Shown here piece by piece: positions 26,001 to 41,000 of a stretch of 64,000 nucleotides of DNA. The translations under genes and the position numbers were made by a program. Each line of letters starts with the position of its first letter. Within the stretch, counting starts at the first letter, position 1. Source of the stretch: Eledone cirrhosa (lineage: Eukaryota); contig OZ024741.1 of assembly GCA_964016885.1 (NCBI GenBank), positions 295,616,001-295,680,000 on the forward strand, read 5' to 3'. The notes under the pieces were generated by a model. The model did no database searches and was not told where the DNA came from. It saw only the letters and a list, made by a program, of their open reading frames with translations.

Positions 26001-29000
26001 AGATGGGAGTACATTGTAGTTGTAGGAGTTATTGGGAAGATGGGAGTACATTGTAGTTGTAGGAGTTATTGGGAAGATGGGAGTACATTGTAGTTGTAGG
26101 AGTTATTGGGAAGATGGGAGTACATTGTAGTTGTAGGAGTTATTGGGAAGATGGGAGTACATTGTAGTTGTAGGAGTTATTGGGAAGATGGGAGTACATT
26201 GTAGTTGTAGGAGTTATTGGGAAGATGGGAGTACATTGTAGTTGTAGGAGTTATTGGGAAGATGGGAGTACATTGTAGTTGTAGGAGTTATTGGGAAGAT
26301 GGGAGTACATTGTAGTTGTAGGAGTTATTGGTAAGATGGGAGTACATTGTAGTTGTAGGAGTTATTGGGAAGATGGGAGTACATTGTAGTTGTAGGAGTT
26401 ATTGGGAAGATGGGAGTACATTGTAGTTGTAGGAGTTATTGGGAAGATGGGAGTACATTGTAGTTGTAGGAGTTATTGGGAAGATGGGAGTACATTGTAG
26501 TTGTAGGAGTTATTGGGAAGATGGGAGAACATTGTAGTTGTAGGAGTTATTGGGAAGATGGGAGTACATTGTAGTTGTAGGAGTTATTGGTAAGATGGGA
26601 GTACATTGTAGTTGTAGGAGTTATTGGGAAGATGGGAGAACATTGTAGTTGTAGGAGTTATTGGGAAGATGGGAGTACATTGTAGTTGTAGGAGTTATTG
26701 GGAAGATGGGAGTACATTGTAGTTGTAGGAGTTATTGGGAAGATGGGAGTACATTGTAGTTGTAGGAGTTATTGGGAAGATGGGAGTACATTGTAGTTGT
26801 AGGAGTTATTGGGAAGATGGGAGTACATTGTAGTTGTAGGAGTTATTGGGAAGATGGGAGTACATTGTAGTTGTAGGAGTTATTGGGAAGATGGGAGTAC
26901 ATTGTAGTTGTAGGAGTTATTGGGAAGATGGGAGTACATTGTAGTTGTAGGAGTTATTGGGAAGATGGGAGTACATTGTAGTTGTAGGAGTTATTGGGAA
27001 GATGGGAGTACATTGTAGTTGTAGGAGTTATTGGGAAGATGGGAGTACATTGTAGTTGTAGGAGTTATTGGGAAGATGGGAGTACATTGTAGTTGTAGGA
27101 GTTATTGGGAAGATGGGAGTACATTGTAGTTGGTTATTGGTAAGATGGGAGTACATTGTAGTTGTAGGAGTTATTGGGAAGATGGGAGTACATTGTAGTT
27201 GTAGGAGTTATTGGGAAGATGGGAGTACATTGTAGTTGTAGGAGTTATTGGGAAGATGGGAGTACATTGTAGTTGTAGGAGTTATTGGGAAGATGGGAGT
27301 ACATTGTAGTTGTAGGAGTTATTGGAAGATGGGAGTACATTGTAGTTGTAGGAGTTATTGGGAAGATGGGAGTACATTGTAGTTGTAGGAGTTATTGGTA
27401 AGATGGGAGTACATTGTAGTTGTAGGAGTTATTGGAAGATGGAGAACATTGTAGTTGTAGGAGTTATTGGGAAGATGGGAGAACATTGTAGTTGTAGGAG
27501 TTATTGGGAAGATGGGAGTACATTGTAGTTGTAGGAGTTATTGGGAAGATGGGAGAACATTGTAGTTGTAGGAGTTATTGGTAAGATGGGAGTACATTGT
27601 AGTTGTAGGAGTTATTGGGAAGATGGGAGAACATTGTAGTTGTAGGAGTTATTGGGAAGATGGGAGTACATTGTAGTTGTAGGAGTTATTGGGAAGATGG
27701 GAGAACATTGTAGTTGTAGGAGTTATTGGTAAGATGGGAGAACATTGTAGTTGTAGGAGTTATTGGGAAGATGGGAGTACATTGTAGTTGTAGGAGTTAT
27801 TGGGAAGATGGGAGTACATTGTAGTTGTAGGAGTTATTGGTAAGATGGGAGTACATTGTAGTTGTAGGAGTTATTGGGAAGATGGGAGAACATTGTAGTT
27901 GTAGGAGTATTGGAAGATGGGAGAACATTGTAGTTGTAGGAGTTATTGGTAAGATGGGAGAACATTGTAGTTGTAGGAGTTATTGGGAAGATGGAGTACA
28001 TTGTAGTTGTAGGAGTTATTGGGAAGATGGGAGAACATTGTAGTTGTAGGAGTTATTGGGAAGATGGGAGTACATTGTAGTTGTAGGAGTTATTGGGAAG
28101 ATGGGAGAACATTGTAGTTGTAGGAGTTATTGGGAAGATGGGAGAACATTGTAGTTGTAGGAGTTATTGGGAAGATGGGAGAACATTGTAGTTGTAGGAG
28201 TTATTGGGAAGATGGGAGTACATTGTAGTTGTAGGAGTTATTGGGAAGATGGGAGAACATTGTAGTTGTAGGAGTTATTGGTAAGATGGGAGAACATTGT
28301 AGTTGTAGGAGTTATTGGGAAGATGGGAGTACATTGTAGTTGTAGGAGTTATTGGTAAGATGGAGTACATTGTAGTTGTAGGAGTTATTGGGAAGATGGG
28401 AGAACATTGTAGTTGTAGGAGTTATTGGAAGATGGGAGAACATTGTAGTTGTAGGAGTTATTGGGAAGATGGGAGAACATTGTAGTTGTAGGAGTTATTG
28501 GAAGATGGGAGTACATTGTAGTTGTAGGAGTTATTGGGAAGATGGGAGAACATTGTAGTTGTAGGAGTTATTGGGAAGATGGGAGTACATTGTAGTTGTA
28601 GGAGTTATTGGGAAGATGGGAGTACATTGTAGTTGTAGGAGTTATTGGTAGGATGGGAGAACATTGTAGTTGTAGGAGTTATTGGGAAGATGGGAGTACA
28701 TTGTAGTTGTAGGAGTTATTGGGAAGATGGGAGTACATTGTAGTTGTAGGAGTTATTGGGAAGATGGAGTACATTGTAGTTGTAGGAGTTATTGGGAAGA
28801 TGGGAGAACATTGTAGTTGTAGGAGTTATTGGGAAGATGGGAGTACATTGTAGTTGTAGGAGTTATTGGGAAGATGGGAGTACATTGTAGTTGTAGGAGT
28901 TATTGGGAAGATGGGAGTACATTGTAGTTGTAGGAGTTATTGGAAGATGGGAGTACATTGTAGTTGTAGGAGTTATTGGGAAGATGGGAGTACATTGTAG

Positions 29001-32000
29001 TTGTAGGAGTTATTGGGAAGATGGGAGTACATTGTAGTTGTAGGAGTTATTGGTAGATGGGAGAACATTGTAGTTGTAGGAGTTATTGGTAAGATGGGAG
29101 TACATTGTAGTTGTAGGAGTTATTGGGAAGATGGGAGTACATTGTAGTTGTAGGAGTTATTGGGAAGATGGGAGAACATTGTAGTTGTAGGAGTTATTGG
29201 GAAGATGGGAGTACATTGTAGTTGTAGGAGTTATTGGTAAGATGGGGAGTACATTGTAGTTGTAGGAGTTATTGGGAAGATGGGAGTACATTGTAGTTGT
29301 AGGAGTTATTGGTAAGATGGGAGTACATTGTAGTTGTAGGAGTTATTGGTAAGATGGGAAGAACATTGTAGTTGTAGGAGTTATTGGGAAGATGGGAGTA
29401 CATTGTAGTTGTAGGAGTTATTGGTAAGATGGGAGTACATTGTAGTTGTAGGAGTTATTGGTAGATGGAGAACATTGTAGTTGTAGGAGTTATTGGGAAG
29501 ATGGGAGTACATTGTAGTTGTAGGAGTTATTGGGAAGATGGGAGTACATTGTAGTTGTAGGAGTTATTGGGAAGATGGGAGTACATTGTAGTTGTAGGAG
29601 TTATTGGGAAGATGGGAGAACATTGTAGTTGTAGGAGTTATTGGTAAGATGGGAGTGGTAGGATGGGAGTACATTGTAGTTGTAGGAGTTATTGGGAAGA
29701 TGGGAGTACATTGTAGTTGTAGGAGTTATTGGGTAGGATGGGAGAACATTGTAGTTGTAGGAGTTATTGGTAAGATGGGAGTACATTGTAGTTGTAGGAG
29801 TTATTGGTAGGATGGGAGTACATTGTAGTTGTAGGAGTTATTGGGAAGATGGGAGTACATTGTAGTTGTAGGAGTTATTGGGAAGATGGGAGTACATTGT
29901 AGTTGTAGGAGTTATTGGGAAGATGGGAGTACATTGTAGTTGTAGGAGTTATTGGGAAGATGGGAGTACATTGTAGTTGTAGGAGTTATTGGGAAGATGG
30001 GAGTACATTGTAGTTGTAGGAGTTATTGGTAGGATGGGAGAACATTGTAGTTGTAGGAGTTATTGGTAGGATGGGAGTACATTGTAGTTGTAGGAGTTAT
30101 TGGTAGGATGGGAGTACATTGTAGTTGTAGGAGTTATTGGGAAGATGGGAGTACATTGTAGTTGTAGGAGTTATTGGGAAGATGGGAGTACATTGTAGTT
30201 GTAGGAGTTATTGGGAAGATGGGAGTACATTGTAGTTGTAGGAGTTATTGGGAAGATGGGAGTACATTGTAGTTGTAGGAGTTATTGGGAAGATGGGAGT
30301 ACATTGTAGTTGTAGGAGTTATTGGGAAGATGGGAGAACATTGTAGTTGTAGGAGTTATTGGAAGATGGGAGTACATTGTAGTTGTAGGAGTTATTGGAA
30401 GATGGGAGTACATTGTAGTTGTAGGAGTTATTGGTAGGATGGGAGTACATTGTAGTTGTAGGAGTTATTGGGAGATGGGAGTACATTGTAGTTGTAGGAG
30501 TTATTGGGAAGATGGGAGTACATTGTAGTTGTAGGAGTTATTGGAAGGATGGGAGAACATTGTAGTTGTAGGAGTTATTGGTAGGATGGGAGTACATTGT
30601 AGTTGTAGGAGTTATTGGTAAGATGGGAGTACATTGTAGTTGTAGGAGTTATTGGGAAGGATGGGAGTACATTGTAGTTGTAGGAGTTATTGGGAAGATG
30701 GGAGAACATTGTAGTTGTAGGAGTTATTGGTAGATGGGAGTACATTGTAGTTGTAGGAGTTATTGGGAAGATGGGAGAACATTGTAGTTGTAGGAGTTAT
30801 TGGTAAGATGGGAGTACATTGTAGTTGTAGGAGTTATTGGGAAGATGGGAGTACATTGTAGTTGTAGGAGTTATTGGGAAGATGGGAGTACATTGTAGTT
30901 GTAGGAGTTATTGGGAAGATGGGAGAACATTGTAGTTGTAGGAGTTATTGGGAAGATGGGAGTACATTGTAGTTGTAGGAGTTATTGGGAAGATGGGAGT
31001 ACATTGTAGTTGTAGGAGTTATTGGGAAGATGGGAGTACATTGTAGTTGTAGGAGTTATTGGGAAGATGGGAGTACATTGTAGTTGTAGGAGTTATTGGG
31101 AAGATGGGAGTACATTGTAGTTGTAGGAGTTATTGGGAAGATGGGAGTACATTGTAGTTGTAGGAGTTATTGGTAGGATGGGAGTACATTGTAGTTGTAG
31201 GAGTTATTGGGAAGATGGGAGTACATTGTAGTTGTAGGAGTTATTGGGAAGATGGGAGTACATTGTAGTTGTAGGAGTTATTGGGAAGATGGGAGTACAT
31301 TGTAGTTGTAGGAGTTATTGGGAAGATGGGAGTACATTGTAGTTGTAGGAGTTATTGGGAAGATGGGAGTACATTGTAGTTGTAGGAGTTATTGGGAAGA
31401 TGGGAGTACATTGTAGTTGTAGGAGTTATTGGGAAGATGGGAGTACATTGTAGTTGTAGGAGTTATTGGGAAGATGGGAGTACATTGTAGTTGTAGGAGT
31501 TATTGGGAAGATGGGAGTACATTGTAGTTGTAGGAGTTATTGGGAAGATGGGAGTACATTGTAGTTGTAGGAGTTATTGGGAAGATGGGAGTACCATTGT
31601 AGTTGTAGGAGTTATTGGGAAGATGGGAGTACATTGTAGTTGTAGGAGTTATTGGGAAGATGGGAGTACATTGTAGTTGTAGGAGTTATTGGGAAGATGG
31701 GAGTACATTGTAGTTGTAGGAGTTATTGGGAAGGATGGGAGTACATTGTAGTTGTAGGAGTTATTGGGAAGATGGGAGTACATTGTAGTTGTAGGAGTTA
31801 TTGGGAAGATGGGAGTACATTGTAGTTGTAGGAGTTATTGGGAAGATGGGAGTACATTGTAGTTGTAGGAGTTATTGGGAAGATGGGAGTACATTGTAGT
31901 TGTAGGAGTTATTGGGAAGATGGGAGTACATTGTAGTTGTAGGAGTTATTGGGAAGATGGGAGTACATTGTAGTTGTAGGAGTTATTGGGAAGATGGGAG

Positions 32001-35000
32001 TACATTGTAGTTGTAGGAGTTATTGGGAAGATGGGAGTACATTGTAGTTGTAGGAGTTATTGGGAAGATGGGAGTACATTGTAGTTGTAGGAGTTATTGG
32101 GAAGATGGGAGTACATTGTAGTTGTAGGAGTTATTGGGAAGATGGGAGTACATTGTAGTTGTAGGAGTTATTGGGAAGATGGGAGTACATTGTAGTTGTA
32201 GGAGTTATTGGGAAGATGGGAGTACATTGTAGTTGTAGGAGTTATTGGGAAGATGGGAGTACATTGTAGTTGTAGGAGTTATTGGGAAGATGGGAGTACA
32301 TTGTAGTTGTAGGAGTTATTGGTAGGATGGGAGTACATTGTAGTTGTAGGAGTTATTGGGAAGGATGGGAGTACATTGTAGTTGTAGGAGTTATTGGTAG
32401 GATGGGAGTACATTGTAGTTGTAGGAGTTATTGGGAAGATGGGAGTACATTGTAGTTGTAGGAGTTATTGGGAAGATGGGAGTACATTGTAGTTGTAGGA
32501 GTTATTGGTAGGATGGGAGTACATTGTAGTTGTAGGAGTTATTGGTAGGATGGGAGTACATTGTAGTTGTAGGAGTTATTGGGAAGATGGGAGTACATTG
32601 TAGTTGTAGGAGTTATTGGGAAGATGGGAGTACATTGTAGTTGTAGGAGTTATTGGTAGGATGGGAGTACATTGTAGTTGTAGGAGTTATTGGTAGGATG
32701 GGAGTACATTGTAGTTGTAGGAGTTATTGGGAAGATGGGAGTACATTGTAGTTGTAGGAGTTATTGGGAAGATGGGAGTACATTGTAGTTGTAGGAGTTA
32801 TTGGTAGGATGGGAGTACATTGTAGTTGTAGGAGTTATTGGGAAGATGGGAGTACATTGTAGTTGTAGGAGTTATTGGGAAGATGGGAGTACATTGTAGT
32901 TGTAGGAGTTATTGGTAAGATGGGAGTACATTGTAGTTGTAGGAGTTATTGGGAAGATGGGAGTACATTGTAGTTGTAGGAGTTATTGGTAGGATGGGAG
33001 TACATTGTAGTTGTAGGAGTTATTGGTAGGATGGGAGTACATTGTAGTTGTAGGAGTTATTGGGAAGATGGGAGTACATTGTAGTTGTAGGAGTTATTGG
33101 GAAGATGGGAGTACATTGTAGTTGTAGGAGTTATTGGTAGGATGGGAGTACATTGTAGTTGTAGGAGTTATTGGTAGGATGGGAGTACATTGTAGTTGTA
33201 GGAGTTATTGGGAAGATGGGAGTACATTGTAGTTGTAGGAGTTATTGGGAAGATGGGAGTACATTGTAGTTGTAGGAGTTATTGGGAAGATGGGAGTACA
33301 TTGTAGTTGTAGGAGTTATTGGGAAGATGGGAGTACATTGTAGTTGTAGGAGTTATTGGTAGGATGGGAGTACATTGTAGTTGTAGGAGTTATTGGTAGG
33401 ATGGGAGTACATTGTAGTTGTAGGAGTTATTGGGTAGGATGGGAGTACATTGTAGTTGTAGGAGTTATTGGGAAGATGGGAGTACATTGTAGTTGTAGGA
33501 GTTATTGGTAGGATGGGAGTACATTGTAGTTGTAGGAGTTATTGGTAGGATGGGAGTACATTGTAGTTGTAGGAGTTATTGGGAAGATGGGAGTACATTG
33601 TAGTTGTAGGAGTTATTGGTAGGATGGGAGTACATTGTAGTTGTAGGAGTTATTGGGAGGATGGGAGTACATTGTAGTTGTAGGAGTTATTGGGAAGATG
33701 GGAGTACATTGTAGTTGTAGGAGTTATTGGGAAGATGGGAGTACATTGTAGTTGTAGGAGTTATTGGGAAGATGGGAGTACATTGTAGTTGTAGGAGTTA
33801 TTGGGAAGATGGGAGTACATTGTAGTTGTAGGAGTTATTGGGAAGATGGGAGTACATTGTAGTTGTAGGAGTTATTGGGAAGATGGGAGTACATTGTAGT
33901 TGTAGGAGTTATTGGGAAGATGGGAGTACATTGTAGTTGTAGGAGTTATTGGGAAGATGGGAGAACATTGTAGTTGTAGGAGTTATTGGGAAGATGGGAG
34001 TACATTGTAGTTGTAGGAGTTATTGGGAAGATGGGAGTACATTGTAGTTGTAGGAGTTATTGGGAAGATGGGAGTACATTGTAGTTGTAGGAGTTATTGG
34101 GAAGATGGGAGTACATTGTAGTTGTAGGAGTTATTGGGAAGATGGGAGTACATTGTAGTTGTAGGAGTTATTGGGAAGATGGGAGTACATTGTAGTTGTA
34201 GGAGTTATTGGGAAGATGGGAGTACATTGTAGTATTTGGAGTTATTGGGAAGATGGGAGTACATTGTAGTTGTAGGAGTTATTGGGAAGATGGGAGTACA
34301 TTGTAGTTGTAGGAGTTATTGGGAAGATGGGAGTACATTGTAGTTGTAGGAGTTATTGGTAGGATGGGAGTACATTGTAGTTGTAGGAGTTATTGGTAGG
34401 ATGGGAGTACATTGTAGTTGTAGGAGTTATTGGGAAGATGGGAGTACATTGTAGTTGTAGGAGTTATTGGGAAGATGGGAGTACATTGTAGTTGTAGGAG
34501 TTATTGGGAAGATGGGAGAACATTGTAGTTGTAGGAGTTATTGGGAAGATGGGAGTACATTGTAGTTGTAGGAGTTATTGGGAAGATGGGAGTACATTGT
34601 AGTTGTAGGAGTTATTGGGAAGATGGGAGTACATTGTAGTTGTAGGAGTTATTGGGAAGATGGGAGTACATTGTAGTTGTAGGAGTTATTGGGAAGATGG
34701 GAGTACATTGTAGTTGTAGGAGTTATTGGGAAGATGGGAGTACATTGTAGTTGTAGGAGTTATTGGGAAGATGGGAGTACATTGTAGTATTTGGAGTTAT
34801 TGGGAAGATGGGAGTACATTGTAGTTGTAGGAGTTATTGGGAAGATGGGAGTACATTGTAGTTGTAGGAGTTATTGGGAAGATGGGAGTACATTGTAGTT
34901 GTAGGAGTTATTGGGAAGATGGGAGAACATTGTAGTTGTAGGAGTTATTGGGAAGATGGGAGAACATTGTAGTTGTAGGAGTTATTGGGAAGATGGGAGA

Positions 35001-38000
35001 ACATTGTAGTTGTAGGAGTTATTGGGAAGATGGGAGTACATTGTAGTTGTAGGAGTTATTGGGAAGATGGGAGTACATTGTAGTTGTAGGAGTTATTGGT
35101 AGGATGGGAGTACATTGTAGTTGTAGGAGTTATTGGTAGGATGGGAGAACATTGTAGTTGTAGGAGTTATTGGGAAGATGGGAGTACATTGTAGTTGTAG
35201 GAGTTATTGGGAAGATGGGAGAACATTGTAGTTGTAGGAGTTATTGGGAAGATGGGAGTACATTGTAGTTGTAGGAGTTATTGGGAAGATGGGAGAACAT
35301 TGTAGTTGTAGGAGTTATTGGGAAGATGGGAGTACATTGTAGTTGTAGGAGTTATTGGTAGGATGGGAGTACATTGTAGTTGTAGGAGTTATTGGTAGGA
35401 TGGGAGTACATTGTAGTTGTAGGAGTTATTGGTAGGATGGGAGTACATTGTAGTTGTAGGAGTTATTGGGAAGATGGGAGTACATTGTAGTTGTAGGAGT
35501 TATTGGGAAGATGGGAGAACATTGTAGTTGTAGGAGTTATTGGGAAGATGGGAGTACATTGTAGTTGTAGGAGTTATTGGGAAGATGGGAGAACATTGTA
35601 GTTGTAGGAGTTATTGGGAAGATGGGAGTACATTGTAGTTGTAGGAGTTATTGGGAAGATGGGAGTACATTGTAGTATTTAGGAGTTATTCGGAAGATGG
35701 GAGTACATTGTAGTTGTAGGAGTTATTGGGAAGATGGGAGTACATTGTAGTTGTAGGAGTTATTGGGAAGATGGGAGTACATTGTAGTTGTAGGAGTTAT
35801 TGGGAAGATGGGAGAACATTGTAGTTGTAGGAGTTATTGGGAAGATGGGAGTACATTGTAGTTGTAGGAGTTATTGGGAAGATGGGAGTACAGTGTAGTT
35901 GTAGGAGTTATTGGGAAGATGGGAGTACATTGTAGTTGTAGGAGTTATTGGTAGGATGGGAGTACATTGTAGTTGTAGGAGTTATTGGGAAGATGGGAGT
36001 ACATTGTAGTTGTAGGAGTTATTGGGAAGATGGGAGTACATTGTAGTTGTAGGAGTTATTGGGAAGATGGGAGTACATTGTAGTATGTTGGAGTTATTGG
36101 GAAGATGGGAGTACATTGTAGTTGTAGGAGTTATTGGGAAGATGGGAGTACATTGTAGTTGTAGGAGTTATTGGGAAGATGGGAGTACATTGTAGTTGTA
36201 GGAGTTATTGGGAAGATGGGAGTACATTGTAGTTGTAGGAGTTATTGGGAAGATGGGAGTACATTGTAGTTGTAGGAGTTATTGGGAAGATGGGAGTACA
36301 TTGTAGTTGTAGGAGTTATTGGGAAGATGGGAGTACATTGTAGTATTTGGAGTTATTGGGAAGATGGGAGTACATTGTAGTTGTAGGAGTTATTGGGAAG
36401 ATGGGAGTACATTGTAGTTGTAGGAGTTATTGGGAAGATGGGAGTACATTGTAGTTGTAGGAGTTATTGGGAAGATGGGAGTACATTGTAGTTGTAGGAG
36501 TTATTGGGAAGATGGGAGTACATTGTAGTTGTAGGAGTTATTGGGAAGATGGGAGTACATTGTAGTTGTAGGAGTTATTGGGAAGATGGGAGTACATTGT
36601 AGTATTTGGAGTTATTGGGAAGATGGGAGTACATTGTAGTTGTAGGAGTTATTGGGAAGATGGGAGTACATTGTAGTTGTAGGAGTTATTGGGAAGATGG
36701 GAGTACATTGTAGTTGTAGGAGTTATTGGGAAGATGGGAGTACATTGTAGTTGTAGGAGTTATTGGGAAGATGGGAGTACATTGTAGTATTTGGAGTTAT
36801 TGGGAAGATGGGAGTACATTGTAGTTGTAGGAGTTATTGGGAAGATGGGAGTACATTGTAGTTGTAGGAGTTATTGGGAAGATGGGAGTACATTGTAGTT
36901 GTAGGAGTTATTGGGAAGATGGGAGTACATTGTAGTTGTAGGAGTTATTGGGAAGATGGGAGTACATTGTAGTTGTAGGAGTTATTGGGAAGATGGGAGT
37001 ACATTGTAGTTGTAGGAGTTATTGGGGAAGATGGGAGTACATTGTAGTTGTAGGAGTTATTGGGAAGATGGGAGTACATTGTAGTTGTAGGAGTTATTGG
37101 GAAGATGGGAGTACATTGTAGTTGTAGGAGTTATGGGAAGATGGGAGTACATTGTAGTTGTAGGAGTTATTGGGAAGATGGGAGTACATTGTAGTTGTAG
37201 GAGTTATTGGGAAGATGGGAGTACATTGTAGTTGTAGGAGTTATTGGGAAGATGGGAGTACATTGTAGTATTTGGAGTTATTGGGAAGATGGGAGTACAT
37301 TGTAGTTGTAGAAGTTATTGGGAAGATGGGAGTACATTGTAGTTGTAGGAGTTATTGGGAAGATGGGAGTACATTGTAGTTGTAGGAGTTATTGGGAAGA
37401 TGGGAGTACATTGTAGTTGTAGGAGTTATTGGGAAGATGGGAGTACATTGTAGTTGTAGGAGTTATTGGGAAGATGGGAGTACATTGTAGTTGTAGGAGT
37501 TATTGGGAAGATGGGAGTACATTGTAGTTGTAGGAGTTATTGGGAAGATGGGAGTACATTGTAGTTGTAGGAGTTATTGGGAAGATGGGAGTACATTGTA
37601 GTTGTAGGAGTTATTGGTAGGATGGGAGTACATTGTAGTATTTGGAGTTATTCGGAAGATGGGAGTACATTGTAGTTGTAGGAGTTATTGGGAAGATGGG
37701 AGTACAGTGTAGTTGTAGGAGTTATTGGGAAGATGGGAGTACATTGTAGTTGTAGGAGTTATTGGGAAGATGGGAGTACATTGTAGTTGTAGGAGTTATT
37801 GGGAAGATGGGAGTACATTGTAGTTGTAGGAGTTATTGGGAAGATGGGAGTACATTGTAGTTGTAGGAGTTATTGGGAAGATGGGAGTACATTGTAGTTG
37901 TAGGAGTTATTGGGAAGATGGGAGTACATTGTAGTTGTAGGAGTTATTGGGAAGATGGGAGTACATTGTAGTATTTGGAGTTATTGGGAAGATGGGAGTA

Positions 38001-41000
38001 CATTGTAGTTGTAGGAGTTATTGGGAAGATGGGAGTACATTGTAGTTGTAGGAGTTATTGGGAAGATGGGAGTACAGTGTAGTTGTAGGAGTTATTGGGA
38101 AGATGGGAGTACATTGTAGTTGTAGGAGTTATTGGGAAGATGGGAGTACATTGTAGTTGTAGGAGTTATTGGGAAGATGGGAGTACATTGTAGTTGTAGG
38201 AGTTATTGGGAAGATGGGAGTACATTGTAGTTGTAGGAGTTATTGGAAGATGGGAGTACATTGTAGTTGTAGGAGTTATTGGGAAGATGGGAGTACATTG
38301 TAGTTGTAGGAGTTATTGGGAAGATGGGAGTACATTGTAGTTGTAGGAGTTATTGGGAAGATGGGAGTACATTGTAGTTGTAGGAGTTATTGGGAAGATG
38401 GGAGTACATTGTAGTTGTAGGAGTTATTGGGAAGATGGGAGAACATTGTAGTTGTAGGAGTTATTGGGAAGATGGAGAACATTGTAGTTGTAGGAGTTAT
38501 TGGGAAGATGGGAGAACATTGTAGTTGTAGGAGTTATTGGGAAGATGGGAGAACATTGTAGTTGTAGGAGTTATTGGGAAGATGGGAGTACATTGTAGTT
38601 GTAGGAGTTATTGGGAAGATGGGAGTACATTGTAGTTGTAGGAGTTATTGGGAAGATGGGAGTACATTGTAGTTGTAGGAGTTATTGGGAAGATGGGAGT
38701 ACATTGTAGTTGTAGGAGTTATTGGGAAGATGGGAGTACATTGTAGTTGTAGGAGTTATTGGGAAGATGGGAGTACATTGTAGTTGTAGGAGTTATTGGG
38801 AAGATGGGAGAACATTGTAGTTGTAGGAGTTATTGGGAAGATGGGAGTACATTGTAGTTGTAGGAGTTATTAGGAAGATGGGAGTACATTGTAGTTGTAG
38901 GAGTTATTGGGAAGATGGGAGAACATTGTAGTTGTAGGAGTTATTGGTAAGATGGGAGTACATTGTAGTTGTAGGAGTTATTGGTAAGATGGGAGTACAT
39001 TGTAGTTGTAGGAGTTATTGGGAAGATGGGAGACCATTGTAGTTGTAGGAGTTATTGGTAGGATGGGAGTACATTGTAGTTGTAGGAGTCATTGGTAGGA
39101 TGGGAGTACATTGTAGTTGTAGGAGTTATTGGGAAGATGGGAGTACATTGTAGTTGTAGGAGTTATTGGGAAGATGGGAGACCATTGTAGTTGTAGGAGT
39201 TATTGGTAGGATGGGAGTACATTGTAGTTGTAGGAGTTATTGGGAAGATGGGAGTACATTGTAGTTGTAGGAGTTATTGGGAAGATGGGAGTACATTGTA
39301 GTTGTAGGAGTTATTGGGAAGATGGGAGAACATTGTAGTTGTAGGAGTTATTAGGAAGATGGGAGTACATTGTAGTTGTAGGAGTTATTGGGAAGATGGG
39401 AGAACATTGTAGTTGTAGGAGTCATTGGTAAGATGGGAGTACATTGTAGTTGTAGGAGTCATTGGTAGGATGGGAGTACATTGTAGTTGTAGGAGTTATT
39501 GGTAAGATGGGAGACCATTGTAGTTGTAGGAGTTATTGGGAAGATGGGAGAACATTGTAGTTGTAGGAGTTATTGGTAAGATGGGAGTACATTGTAGTTG
39601 TAGGAGTTATTGGTAAGATGGGAGTACATTGTAGTTGTAGGAGTTATTGGGAAGATGGGAGTACATTGTAGTTGTAGGAGTTATTGGGAAGATGGGAGTA
39701 CATTGTAGTTGTAGGAGTTATTGGTAGGATGGGAGTACATTGTAGTTGTAGGAGTCATTGGTAGGATTGGGAGTACATTGTAGTTGTAGGAGTTATTGGG
39801 AAGATGGGAGTACATTGTAGTTGTAGGAGTTATTGGGAAGATGGGAGTACATTGTAGTTGTAGGAGTTATTGGTAGGATGGGAGTACATTGTAGTTGTAG
39901 GAGTTATTGGTAGGATGGGAGTACATTGTAGTTGTAGGAGTTATTGGGAAGATGGGAGTACATTGTAGTTGTAGGAGTTATTGGGAAGATGGGAGTACAT
40001 TGTAGTTGTAGGAGTTATTGGGAGGGAGAACATTGTAGTTGTAGGAGTTATTAGGAAGATGGAGTACATTGTAGTTGTAGGAGTTATTGGGAAGATGGGA
40101 GAACATTGTAGTTGTAGGAGTTATTAGGAAGATGGGAAGTACATTGTAGTTGTAGGAGTTATTGGAAGATGGGAGAACATTGTAGTTGTAGGAGTTATTA
40201 GGAAGATGGAGTACATTGTAGTTGTAGGAGTTATTGGGAAGATGGGAGTACATTGTAGTTGTAGGAGTTATTGGTAGGATGGGAGTACATTGTAGTTGTA
40301 GGAGTTATTGGTAAGATGGGAGACCATTGTAGTTGTAGGAGTTATTGGTAGGATGGGAGTACATTGTAGTTGTAGGAGTTATTGGGAAGATGGGAGTACA
40401 TTGTAGTTGTAGGAGTTATTGGGAAGATGGGAGTACATTGTAGTTGTAGGAGTTATTGGTAGGATGGGAGTACATTGTAGTTGTAGGAGTTATTGGTAGG
40501 ATGGGAGTACATTGTAGTTGTAGGAGTTATTGGGAAGATGGGAGTACATTGTAGTTGTAGGAGTTATTGGGAAGATGGGAGTACATTGTAGTTGTAGGAG
40601 TTATTGGGAAGATGGGAGTACATTGTAGTTGTAGGAGTTATTGGTAGGATGGGAGTACATTGTAGTTGTAGGAGTTATTGGTAGGATGGGAGTACATTGT
40701 AGTTGTAGGAGTTATTGGGAAGATGGGAGTACATTGTAGTTGTAGGAGTTATTGGGAAGATGGGAGTACATTGTAGTTGTAGGAGTTATTGGGAAGATGG
40801 GAGTACATTGTAGTTGTAGGAGTTATTGGGAAGATGGGAGTACATTGTAGTTGTAGGAGTTATTGGTAGGATGGGAGTACATTGTAGTTGTAGGAGTTAT
40901 TGGTAGGATGGGAGTACATTGTAGTTGTAGGAGTTATTGGGAAGATGGGAGAACATTGTAGTTGTAGGAGTTATTGGGAAGATGGGAGTACATTGTAGTT